From positions 21,452,001 through 21,516,000 of the forward strand of contig NC_088810.1 in assembly GCF_011386835.1 (NCBI RefSeq): 64,000 nt of DNA, written 5' to 3'. A program made the position numbers and the translations under genes. This document shows positions 1-12,172 of this stretch, piece after piece (within the stretch, counting starts at the first letter, position 1; the number at the start of each line of letters is the position of its first letter). Under the pieces are notes generated by a model. It did no database searches and was not told the DNA's origin. It saw only the letters and a list, made by a program, of their open reading frames with translations. The DNA comes from Chrysemys picta bellii (lineage: Eukaryota).

Positions 1-1261
1 GCTGGGGCTAGAACCCAGGATTCCCGTTTCCCAGTCCTGTGCGCTAGCCGCAGAACGACCGCTCCCTTCCCCCGCCCAAGGACTTGGCTACACAGGAGAG
101 TTAATCTGCAATAAAGCAGGGTGTGAACGTAAAGGGGATTAACTACTCCCAATGACTGCGTGCATGGGCAGCACACCAAGTGGAATTCAGAATCAGGCAC
201 AGGGAGTTAATCAGGAACATTGACGGGCCATTGCGGATGGCTCTGGCCAGGCCAGAATCTCCCTCCTAGTCACCCCTCCTCTTTTTAATCTCTTTGTTTG
301 AAAAGGAAAAGAACAACGGCAAGCTCCCCGGCTTTCATCTTCCCTGTGTCGGGGCTGGCTGTGCACAGGTGCGAGGGCTCTCCCTGGGGAGCCGGGAACA
401 CAAGCTGCACCTGCCTTTGGGGATAAAGGCGCTCTGGCAACACAACACCACAGGCAAGCGGGGGGGGAGACCCAAGCATCGCCCCGCCCCCTACGCAGAA
501 GCTAGCAAGTGGGCTAGGATGGATAGAAACCTCTCTCTGTGCCCAAAGCAGGCCCGCGCCAGGCAAGGTCAGTTTCCCATGCGCCCTACCCTCTGCCAGC
601 ACATGCCTCAGCCCGGATCTAGTGGGCAAAACGGGCCTTCGGAGCTTTGGCCTCTGCTAAATGACTACAGCCAACTGGGGCGGAGGTTTTCCGTGATTTT
701 TTCCAGCCTGTTGGCCCGCCCAGCCTCCCGCCCCACCGGCTGCAGCGAAAGGCATCTAACCGCAGGAACGCGCCGTGATGACACAGCCTGTCCGTCCCTG
801 GGAGATCTGTCCTAACACCAGGCAGCCAGCGACTGGCTAGGAGGGTTCCTAACTCCAGCTGGGGGCAAAGGAAATTCAGGTTTTGACCAAAGAATTTTTT
901 TTGTTTTGTTTTGCTTCCATTTTTGGCTGAAAACCTCCGAACAGCAAAATAGTTCCATTTGGAAAACTGCCACAGTGCCTTCTGGGAGTTGTAGTTCGGT
1001 GGGTTCCTGTCCCAATTTTCCATGGCAGGCCTGGCTCCCTGGCCAGACTACACCCCCCATGAGGCTGTGGGGCTTAAATTATAGGATGGTTCTTGCTTGG
1101 GGCTCAGCTACAGGTAAAGGGCCAGATCTTCCAAGGGTATGAATCAGCACATGGGAGTGGGGCAGTGCCCGTTTACACCAGCTCAGGTTATGGCGCCAAG
1201 TCTGGATCATCATCCCATGGAGGGTGTTTATACCGAGTTCAGGTCTCATTAACAAAGCCTG

Positions 1262-1460
1262 GTTTCAGAGTAGCAGCCGTGTTAGTCTGTATCCGCAAAA
1301 AAACCAGGAGTCCTTGTGGCACCTTAGAGACTAACAAATTTATTAGAGCATAAGCTTTCGTGGACTATATGCATCCGAAGAAGTGGGCTGTAGTCCACGA
1401 AAACTTATGCGCTAATAAATTTGTTAGTCTCTAAGGTGCCACAAGTACTCCTGTTTTTTT
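1262..1460. mobile_element. Penelope-like element relic with inverted pseudo-LTR hairpin
   Basis: ~70-bp arms 1297-1367 and 1391-1460 (about 4 differences); flanking direct repeat AACAAAGCCTG at 1251-1261 and 1461-1471; sequence typical of turtle Penelope-like repeats. Confidence 0.85.
1371..1410 (+). ncRNA. Minimal type I hammerhead ribozyme motif (Penelope-associated)
   Basis: GCAT-CCGAAGA-A-GTGGGC[TGTA]GTCCAC-GAAA-ACTT-ATGC: stem I GCAT/ATGC, CUGANGA variant core, 6-bp stem II, GAAA, vestigial helix III. Confidence 0.7.
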
Positions 1461-2921
1461 AACAAAGCCTGTTTCTTACGGAGCGATTTCATTGGTAGAT
1501 CTCAAAGCGCTCGACAATCTTGAGTGTGTTTTATCCTCCCAACACCCCACGTGAGATAGGGAAACCCCCCTTGTACACATGGGAAACTGAGGCACGGACC
1601 GTCTAAATGACTTGCCCAAGGTCACATAACAATCCATGGCACTGCAGGGAATTGAACCCAGATCTTCCTGCTGCTTAGTGCACTGGACTATCCTTCCTCT
1701 CTAGTCTTCCCCTTCTCCCCCATCCTCCCCCAGTGACAGCCAGTTAAAGATTACAACAGCAGCTGTTGTTTCAGCAAATAAAAATCACACACACACACAC
1801 ACCAGTCACCCATGTGTGAATAAAAGCAAAAGTCACTCTCCGGAAGCTTTTTATAGCTTCTAAACATAGCTCCAAGTTTCAGCCAGAGGTAATTCAGCCA
1901 AAATGTCCAGAGAAAGCCACCAAAGAGGGCCAGAAGAAAGCCTGGGAGAGGGGTCAGTTTCCTACAACTCAGGTGGGACCTCAGAGGAATCAGAGCTTGT
2001 TCTTGGGTAGTGAGGTGTTGGAATTAAAAAACACTGATCCCTGGGAGCCAGGACTCCTGGGCTCTGCCGCTGACTCACTGTGTGATCGCGGGCAAGTCAC
2101 AGGCCTTCTCCGTGCCTCAGTTTCCCCATCTGTAAAATGGGCATCAGACCTACCTAAATCACAGAGCTGCTGCGGGGAGTTAGTTAAGGTTTGAAAAAGG
2201 GTTCCGTAATCCTGGGAGGGACGGCTGCATAAGCACAGCACAATATTAGAGCACATTTTAATGTCATATACTCAGTAAATTATGTCTACGGTAACAGATC
2301 CTGACTGGACAAGTGCAGAGCCCGAACGACAGTTCTACAGAGCGCATTAAAGATTAGCCGAGGTGCTTTTCAGGGTGAAGCAAGGCTGCTATTTAGCGAC
2401 CTGAGGAGGTGATCCTAGCTCCGCTCTGGTGATAGAACCTGGGTCACTAACAGGTTATTACAGCACCAACGTTAACTCTCCGCTCCCACCCCAGTATTTA
2501 AAAAGCCCCTGACCCCAAAACTCCTCCAAAGCCAACGAGCGTTGGGGAGACCCGGACTCTTGGCAGCTGTTTGCGAACAAGAGTTACAAATCAATCAATA
2601 TGGACTTCAGCCAGGGGGAACCACGGTACAGTGTGTTCTGAATGGGCAAAGTGCTCACATCTAGGAAAACCTAAGGGCCAAATCAGGACAATTCCCCACG
2701 TCCAGACTGATGATGGATTGGATTGGGAGTCTACCCTGCACAGTCTCCGGTCACTATCCAGGCAGGGGGGTTCAGTGGGCAGCACACTGGACTGGGACAC
2801 GTGGGTTCTATGCCTAACGTGGGGCTGGCTTTTCAGATGCTCTGTGCCCAAAACAGAGGGGTGAATTTTCAAAAGAGCTCAGCTCCTGTTGTCCAGAGCT
2901 CCTTGGAAATCAGGCCATGAG

Positions 2922-4121
2922 TGTGACGCTGCACTCCATAATGCTTTAGAGAAATATGCTTATGAGGGTAAATATGACATAACTGGAATATGTTTTATGC
3001 TAAATCTGCCATGTAACATATCTTTGCAAAGAATATGTTCTTCTGCATGTATTCATCCTATCTGTATGCATGTATCCATCCTATCCGTATGCATGTATCA
3101 TTTTTATATCTGAAGTTATGAGCGTCGGCTTTATGCTTGTATTTAACGTGTTTGCTGTAGAAAGCACCTAAGGCAGTTTTGGTCAGGATAGTGTGAAGGG
3201 GTTATTCAAGTAATTGGGAGTACTTGGCGAACAATGAACCTTGATAGACGCCAATCCACATCTGAGCTTTTCTGGGAATGTCCTGTAGAAAACGGAGTCA
3301 TGCATGGACATGTGATTTGCCCAGGTGACTCCCAAACTCGATTTTGTAGCTGGACTCTCTCTCCCCCTGTGTAGAAGTTTCCACTCACAAGAGAAAGTCT
3401 ATTTAAGCCCCTGGAAGCCCCTCCATTTTGTCTTCAACTGACTCAGGAGATATCCTTTGGGGGTTGAGAGGCTACCTGAAAGAAACTGGAACAAAGGACA
3501 GTAACTACAGGGGTGTGGGATTGCTGGACCCAGACTAGAAAGAGGCCAGTCTGTAAAAGAAGCTTATTGGAACATCTCTGAGGGTGAGATTTCATCTGTG
3601 ATCACTTTCTTACTGTATTAGGCTTAGACTTGCGTGTTTTGTTTTGTTTTGCTTGGTAATTCACTTTGTTCTGTTATTACTTGGAACCACTTAAATCCTA
3701 CTTTTTGTACTTAATAAAATCACTTTTTACTTATTAATTAACCCAGAGTATGTATTAATATGAGGGGGGAGGGGAAACAGCTGTGCATCTCTCTCTCTCA
3801 CTGTTATAGAGGGCGAACAATTTATGAGTTTACCCTGTATATATAGAGGGTGAAACAGATTTATTTGGGGTTTGGACCCCATTGGGGGTTGGGTATCTGA
3901 GTGCTGGAGACAGGAGCACTTCTTAAGCTGTTTTCAGTTAAGCCTGCAGCATGTGGGGGATGTGGTTCAGACATGGATCTGTGTTTGCAGCAGGCTAGCA
4001 TGTCTGGCTCAAACCAGGCAAGGCACTGAAGTCCCAAGCTGGCAGGGAAAACAGACTCAGAGGTAGTCTAGGCACATCAGGTGGCAGTCTCAAAGGGGTT
4101 TCTGTGATCCAATCCGTCACA
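2922..4121 (+). mobile_element. Solo LTR, 1.2 kb (Gypsy/ERV-type)
   Basis: Termini TGTGACG...CGTCACA; 5-bp TSD ATGAG/ATGAT; TATA-like TATTTAAG near 3400; AATAAA near 3714; internal 23-bp tandem duplication near 3046-3095. Confidence 0.85.
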
Positions 4122-4752
4122 ATGATATTGCTCCGTGCCTCAGTTTCCCCATCTGTGAATCGATAACAATCCTTTCTTTCACCCATCCTTTGTTTAGGCC
4201 ATGAGCTCTTCAGGTCAGGGACTGTCTCTCCCTGGGTGTGGGGGAAGCACCTGGCGCAACGGGTCCTGATCTCAGCTGGTGCCTCTAGGTGGCTGCTTTA
4301 ATACATACAAACCACAGAGCAGAGAGGGGTCGGCTCATGAAGGTGCTGCGTTCAGCCCTGAATTCCATGCACATATCAACAACTTGACTTTACCCTCCTG
4401 GGCTGGTGAAACAGGGAGGTTTCAATATCATCATCCTTGTTTAACAGATAGGGAAACTGAGGCACAGAGCAGGAGAAGGACCAGTTCAAGCTTTGCGAGA
4501 GCCAAGACTAGAACTCACTGATTTCCAGCTTCCAGTCTTCTATTCTGGCCATTTTTATTATTACAGCACTGCCTAGCGGTGCCAGGCGCTGTACATACAC
4601 CCAGTGAGAGACAGCCCCTGCCCTGAAGAGCTCTCAGTCGGTGTAGAAAAAAGATGGGAGGGGAAACTGAGGCAGAGAGAGGGGAAATGACTTGCCCGAG
4701 GTCGCCCACCAGGTCTGTGGAGGAGCCAAGAAGAGAATGCAGGACTCCTGAT

Positions 4753-4976
4753 CAGGGCCGGCTCTAGCGTTTTTGCCACCCCGAGCAGGAAAAAAAAAAA
4801 AATGTGATCACAAGCGGCGGCAGCTCTACCGCCACTTCATTCTACAGCGGCAATTCGGCAGCAGGTCCTTCGCTCCGAGAGGGAGTGAGAACAGCCGGAC
4901 GTGCCACCCCCCCCCCCTCTCTGCATTGGCTGCCCCAGGCACCTGCTTGCTGGGCTGGTGCCTGGAGCCGGCCCTG
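4753..4976. mobile_element. hAT-type MITE
   Basis: TIRs CAGGGCCGGCTCTAG / CTGGAGCCGGCCCTG; 8-bp TSD CTCCTGAT/CTCCTGAG. Confidence 0.88.
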
Positions 4977-7900
4977 CTCCTGAGTCCCAGGGCAGGGCCT
5001 CTTTAGACCCGTAAGTCTCATCGCTTGGTGTGTCAGGAACTAAGCTGCAACATGGCCCCCTGCCCTTGTGTGCAGGGCTGGACTCAGCTCCCCCGGTTTG
5101 CAGTGGGACCTCGGCTACCTGGCTCTCGTCCTGGGGAGGGGGGGGGGAGAGGGAAGGAGGGTCAGGTCGCCTCTCATCTACTCCTCGCTCCCGCTGCTGG
5201 GAGAGGACGCGCCAAAGCTGCAGGATCACGAAATATACCTGCCCAGGGACTGTAACCGCAGCCGGGGAAGCTGTTAGCCCGCAACAGACAGGAAGCAACA
5301 GGGTTTTCGATTTCAGGCTGTTTGCTGCCTCCCTGACTCCACAGCCCCCTAGAAAATCATGGAGCCCCAAGTCATTTCTCATGGATTCTGTGCCCCGGGG
5401 TGGGGAGGCTGGCTTCAGCGATACCCAGGACTGGGCCTTCTTGTTTTGATCTGTTCCCGGCTCTGCATTGAGATCTCACCCCCCAGGGCAGCACCAACCT
5501 ACAACACTCCAGTCACACCGGCGCAGAGAGGGGTGGGCCGCACAGAGGGCTGGGAGCCAGGAGCACAGGCTGGGGCCAGGTGGAGGGAAACTTCCTGACC
5601 CCACATCAGTTTAATTGCATGAGACTCTGTTTAATGCCAGCGTGCACTGGTGGGAGTGGGCTGGATTCCAGGGGCGTCGCTGCACTCGTGCAAACCCCTG
5701 GTGTAACAGGTGCTGCACTGATGTAAAAAAAGTGACTGGCTCCCGTGCGACATGCACCGGTGCAAGGAATTTACCCTAGGGATTTGCACTGATGCAGCGA
5801 CGTAGGTGCAAAAAATCCACTGATCCCTTGAGCCTGCAGCGACCCAGCCCAAGAATCTTAGAGTGGTTGATAAACGAAGCCTCCTTGTCTGCGGGTACCG
5901 GATAACCAGGGCCGGAAGGAGGCCAGCTGCAAATAAGGAGTTACGTGATGGGGACTGGCTACTGGCTGGAAAGGTTAGGAGCAGGGGCCGCGAGCGAGGA
6001 CCCATGCGGTGAGGCTCTAGGTACGCTATTACAGTAGCTGCAGGGGGGTACAGTGTGGCCTAGTGGATAGAGTACTGGATGCAGAGACCTGGGTTCTAGT
6101 CCCAGTTCTGGCACTGACATGCTGAGTGACTGTGGGCAAGTCAACCCGCCTGGTGCCTCAGTTTCCCCCGCTGGAAAATGAAGCTAAACGACAGGACTTC
6201 GTAAAGTCCATTGAGATCCACTGATGACAAGTCCAGCGTAAGAGCTAAGTGCGACTATCTTCACACTCCCTCACGGCCCTTCACCCCTCGTATTAATGGA
6301 TTTCATTCCTCCCATCCTCCCCGGGAGGCTGGGAAGGATTATCCCCAATTTACAGATGGGAAAACTGAGGCACACAGCGACCAAGGCCCAGATTTTTAAG
6401 GGCTCACCATTGCAAATGTAATGCCTCGAAGAGCCTAAGTCCCAAGTGCCTAAATCCCTTTTTAGGCATGGGCTCCTAAACCTGTTAAGTTTGCAACACT
6501 GAGCGCAGCAATGCCTCAGGGCCTTTAAAAACCAGAGCCGAAATGGTTGGCCCAAGGTCCAACAGGGAGTCCGTAGCAATACTGGGGTCTGAACCCAGGA
6601 TATCCTAACTCCCAGTCTAGTAGCCTACCCACTATCTCGGGGGGTAGGTCTGTGACTCCACATATCACAGCACCCAGAGCTCTGCATCTCCACCACACGC
6701 CTTTGTCTTTCACTAGCAGTGGTGCCCGCAGCCGTGCACATGTGCAGGGGTGCCAATTGGGGGGAGGGGGCAAAGGGAGTGTGCCTCAGGCCCCCCATTT
6801 GAGAGCCCTCCCCCCAAAACCATCACAAGGGAGGGGTGGCCGGGCCAAACCAGGGCCAGGCTGTGACCCCACATGCCAAGTCACGATGCCTGGGGCGGGG
6901 AGCCAGGCCCAGCCTCGCGGGATACGAGCTGCCGCTGCGAGGCGAGTGCGGTTCAGTCGTGCGAACCACGTGAAAACACGTCTGAGGGGGGGCCCTGGAC
7001 AGAAGCCGAGTGGGGCAACGCTGAGCGACGCTTGTTGCTTTCCCCGGCCATTCTCCACGGCACCGGGGAGTCCCACCCACTCACAATAAGAGGCCTGGGC
7101 TGCGGGAGTGGGGATCGAACCCAGCTCTGCTGCCCGGCGATGCAGGGGCGCCGCCCACCCCAGCCAGGCTGAACACAGAAAGCTCTGTCGTACGGTCACG
7201 TACGGACCGGGGAGAAGTGACTCAAGGCTGGTGACTAATCGAACTTGCCTCTGCTACATGCGATAGCAGATGATAGGCAAGCTTCCCTGGCACCGCTCCG
7301 CATGTGCCCTCCAATCCCGCCCCCAGCCCCCCTGCTACCCCAGCCCTTAGCTCCACTCACACAGGCAATGCCCCCCACCCACCCACCTCTGTCAGTGCCC
7401 CCTCCAATCCTGATTTGCAGCCCCCCCTGCCATTCCAAGCCCTGAGTTCCCCACCCCGGCAACTGTGCCCGCAACTCCCCTGGGCCTCCCCTGATTCATA
7501 GGCTGTGCTGGGAGGCTGAGTGTCTGCCAAGTGCTTCGGGATCCTCCAATGATCAGCTAGTCTCTGTTTTGCAACATGAAAAGGCCCCATTGCTTCTGCT
7601 GCCCGAGCAGGAACGTGCCAGGCAGCAGCTAGCGATGGGCCGGCCCCAGCCAACCAGCAGCCCCAGCACGGCTGATGCGGGTTGGAATTGGTTCCCTAGC
7701 CTGATTCCATAGGACAAAGGTCAGGCCCGCCCTTCCGCGCAGCTGTCACGCCCTAGGCTGTGCCAGCAAACTACAAGATCACAGGGTTTAAGCTTTAAGA
7801 ATGTGTGTTGCGTGGACCGCCTGCCTTCCTCCCCCCACCTCCGATCTGAAATCCGAATGGGGGAGTGGGAGCTTGGCAAAGGTGTTCCCACATCTCGGCC

Positions 7901-9903
7901 CCGCTTCGGAGTGGCTGTGACTAATCTTGAGCAGCGATGAGAAAGGAACAATGACTCAGAGTCACAGCAGACTAGCTCCCGATTCCATACACCCCCACCC
8001 ACCGAGGACAATGCTGGCCCACAGCTCTCAGACCCTGGGCCCAATTCTGGTGTTTGCACCATTCGGGCAGCATAAAGGAGCTTTGGTGTAAACACATGAT
8101 GTACCCAAGAGTCTGACGGGCCCCCCTGGAGTCTGACTCACTTAATTCAAACCGCAGGGTACCCCTGGGAAATAGGGATTACACCCTCTTTTACAAGTGG
8201 GTAAACTGAGGCAGCGAGGGGCCAATTCTGTGTATTGCGGCGGCACCTCGAGGCGCCATGCGAGATCAGGGCCCCGCTGTGCCGGGCGCGGCACAGGCAC
8301 AGAGCAAGAGACAGTCCCTGCCCCGAAAAGCCAAGTCTGAACTGATGAGACAGACGGCGGGATGAGAGACGAAACTATGACAGCGCGAGAGGGCAGCGGC
8401 AGAGCCAGGAGCGGAACCCAGGGCTCCTGGCGCAGGACCCTAACCACTAGTCCACCCAGCCTCTCCCAAAGTAAGAGTTGATAGCAGAAATGGGGGTGAT
8501 TCTTGGGATTCCCTCTCCCTGCCTCCCCCAGGTCCAGCCACTGGGCAGCCCAACATCCTTTTTTACTTTGAATCCCTTCCAGCGCATGATTCAAAAGGAA
8601 TCTGACTCCACTGGGCTTAGGATCAGGGCCTTCGCAGACCCAACTGCCTTCAGCTGGTGTCGCAGTCCTGCCGGGGCGTTCCCCCCTCTCCCCAGAAGCA
8701 TCAGTGGCTGTGTGCTCCAACTCCCCCCCCCACACCCAACTGTTGTTATCCTGCTTTCTACAGCAGGGCCCTGCCCCCTTGCACAGCCATTTTCTCCAGC
8801 ACCACATGCGTGTGAGTCACTGTCACCCCGACCCGGGAACCGCTGTGTGCGCAAGGTGCGATCCCCGGGGGCACCAGGGGCTGAGAGACGACGGGTGACA
8901 TTTTCAAGAGGGTCTAAATGACTCCTGGCCCTGGGATTCAAGCTGGGGAATTGCCCAGTGCCCTCAGCTCCCTGCAGGATCAGGCCCGTCGGGGAGCAGC
9001 GGGAGATGCCCAGGGCCTGGCTCTCGCTGACAGCGCGCTCTGGGTGAGTGGGAATGTAACCGACACCCACCGCAAGGCCCCAGAGCAGCGTAAAGGAGCC
9101 TGGGTGCAAAGGAGAATCAGGCCCCCGGGGTTTCATGTTTACATTTTATCAGCAGGAAGGTCAAGCAGCAACTCAGCTGCCACGCGCAGGCCCTGTGCAG
9201 GGAGAGGTTGCAATAACCCAGGCCTCCTTTATCTTTTCCAGGGGATTGCTCAGCCTGCTCGTGCTCGGTCGCTTTCCCTGGGGCCGACTTTCTCCAGCTC
9301 GCTTTCAGCTCCCAGCTGCAGCTCTTTGGGGGGAGGAGGGGTAAGAGGCAGGTTATATGATCTAAAGCACCCAGTCACCTCAAATAGGGGCCTGGGGTCA
9401 GAGCACAGAATCCTGAGCTGGACGGGAGTCGAGCCAGGAGCGCACTGGGGTCTCTCTTCCACCGCTTCTTATGGGAACTCGGGCATAGCGCTTCCCACGC
9501 CATGCCCGTGCCTCAGTTTCCCCACCTGTAAAATGGGGGCGTGTGACCCTGACGGGGCACACGGTGAAAATTCAGACTGTTGCTGTAGCAGTGTGACAGG
9601 CTGACAATGTTGGTTACCTGTTTAGCTCGAGTGTCGTGGGCAGGCCGTGCGGCCTAATGGCTAGGACTCGGGAAACCTGGCCTCCCTGCTGGGTGATCTT
9701 GGGCAAGTCGCTTCCCCTCCTGTCCCTGAGTTCCCTTTCCCATTCTTTGTCTGCCTTGGCTATTTAGATTGTAAGTTCTTTAGGGCCGGGGGGAGAGGGT
9801 GTCTCTTACTATATGTCCGTACAGCGCCGAGCACAATGGGGTCTTGGCCCACGAGTGGGGCTCCTAGCCGCTACCACCCCGCGAAAGGTAAAGATGTGTC
9901 CCA

Positions 9904-9918
9904 CTGCCCTCTGCTGGA
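9904..9918 (-). promoter_or_regulatory. CTCF-like motif in HDGF intron 1
   Basis: Minus-strand CCAGCAGAGGGCAG. Confidence 0.4.
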
Positions 9919-11897
9919 TGGAATCGGAGCAGTTCAGTAGTGTGTCACAGGCCCTAGACTGCCCTCTGCGAGCGGGTGATTCTCCCGTCGCTCGGAACAG
10001 GAAGCTGAGAGTTCTGTCTCCGTGCCGTGCCAAGAGGCTGTGGCAGGCCACGGGATCCCAGGCTTGGTACCGTAGCATTTTTTGCACACGCCGAATCCTT
10101 GAACGCCGGAGTCTCTGCTTTAGAGAGAGGCCGACTCCCCCAGCGAGGGATGAGGGTCAGAGCAAGGGATGCTACTCCGACAACAGCCCCCGGGCACTGC
10201 CCCCGACAACAGGGCTGGGCAGGAGGGAATGGGACAGGCCTGAAGAACAGGACAGAGAAAAGAAAATAATACTGCGCTCACTCTCTGCCACCGGAGAGCC
10301 TCAGACATCCCCTCAGCCAGCCTGGCATGCGACGCGTCTGCATTACTGCACGTCCCATACACTGGGCAGGGGAAGGGGGGCTGGGCTGGCTCTGCAGAGG
10401 GGCCCCTGGTGAGCAGTTCGGAGGCTCCCAGCAGCACTGAGAGGAGACGGGCAAGTCGAGACCAGATTAACTCCCCCGGGCACTGGGGCAGTATCTGCTC
10501 CATGTAGACGGCATCCACACAGCTGGCCTCTGCACCTCCTCCTCCAAGCAGCACCCCGACCCTTTCCCTTGCCTGGATCACGCCGTGCGAGGCAAACAGA
10601 CGTCCACCAGGACAGGCAGACTATGGGCTGAGGGTAAACACACTTGTGTCATCTGCCTTCCGAAGCAGGACTCAAAAGCAACTCTCTCGGGTGGGTGGCA
10701 AAAGGCTACTCGGCGAGTCACAGAGCTCCCCCTGCATATGCGCAGAAAACCAGCCAGGTTCTAATCTCAGTGTAAAGCCAGAAAAACTCTGGAATTAAAT
10801 TAGCATCTCCAAGACCAGCTGGAAAAATCTGTTGCGGTCTCATTTATCGAGGAGAACTTCACCCCAGGACTAGCGCCGAGTGAGAATTTTCCAGCAGGAC
10901 TTTTTTCCATTGGAAAACGCCATTGCGCGGAAATCGAAACTTCCTGCGGGAACATGGTGACTTTGACAAAATTTAGGGTTTGTCTGGGTTTTTTTTGGGG
11001 GGGGGATGAGGGATAAGGTCGTAATGCTCAATTTTTGCCATCTGCAGAAGAGAACATGTTGACTTTCCATTTTGAAACTGGACATCCTAAATTACAGTTG
11101 ACGTGATAAGCGATACTACAACGAACATTTCCACAAAACCTGCGAAAATTCCTTTTTGCGGGAAATTCGGAAACTCCGACGCCGAACGAAAGCCAGCTTG
11201 GAAGTCACAGAAGAGACAGCCCGGGCCTGAAGGAGGCCTTGAGATTGGGCACCGTGCCCTGGAGGAACAGAGGCTGGGTGAGGCCTTCAGGGCGATGCCT
11301 TTGAAGTGCTGGGTGTGCATTGAGGAGAAGCTGCCCATTCCCCCAGGGCCGTCTCTGGAGCGCTGGGGTGGCATCACTGGCATGCCCGACCCAATTGGCT
11401 TCCTTGGGGTGTTCCTAGGAGGGGGTGGGCTATGGGCAGAAAGCTAAGCAAGGTTTGCCTCGCTCCGCGACTGGATGGGAAACCCACCATCCTGCTGGAA
11501 GGGGTACTGGTGATTCAATAGGACCCTCGGAGTCGGGGCGAACCTCCCCCTCACCCAAAGTGCTGGAGGAAGCAGTGCGTGTGACTCAGTAGGGGGCGCT
11601 CTCCCTTCATGGTCAGTGCTGGAGGTGGGTTAGGTGCCCGGTTAAACACAGCTGATCCGTTAGGCTGGGACCTTAACGCTGGGACGTTCAGATCCCAGCT
11701 CCTTAACTTTACACCCCCCCTCATTCGGTGCTGATAAAACCCTTCCTCTCATCAGTCAAAGAGAGGAAAACGCTTGGGAACTTATCTCACTGGCAAGCCC
11801 AAGACGACTTTATTACGGGGGGGGAATTTCCAATAGCACGGTAAATTGGCCGGATCTACCCACAATCCTTATACCAGTAGAACTGCATCAACTAAGG

Positions 11898-12172
11898 CAG
11901 GGATAGGCAACCAAAGGTGGCACTCACACTGCCCAGGTCCTGGCCACCGGTCCGGGGGGGCTCTGCATTTTAACTTAATTTTAAATGAAGCTTCTTAAAC
12001 ATTTTAAAAATCTTATTTACTTTACATACGACAATAGTTTAGTTCTATATTATAGACTTGGAAAAAGAGACCTTCTAAAAACGTTCAAATGTATGACTGG
12101 CACGCGAAACCTTCAATCAAAGTGAATAAATGAAGACTCGGCACCCCACATCTGAAAGGTTGCCGACCCCTG
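11898..12172. mobile_element. hAT (Charlie-like) MITE
   Basis: TIRs CAGGGATAGGCAACC / GGTTGCCGACCCCTG; TSD AACTAAGG/AGCTAGGG (6/8). Confidence 0.82.

Noticed and set aside
8763-8818. Plus-strand micro-exon-like segment (CTACAG|...|GTGAGT; QGPAPLHSHFLQHHMR)
   Set aside because: Isolated, antisense to HDGF, with no partner exons or homology; compatible with chance.
8142-9604. ORFs of 221, 181 and 228 aa in HDGF intron 1
   Set aside because: Composed partly of MIR-like SINE sequence, overlapping on both strands, with no homology I recognise.
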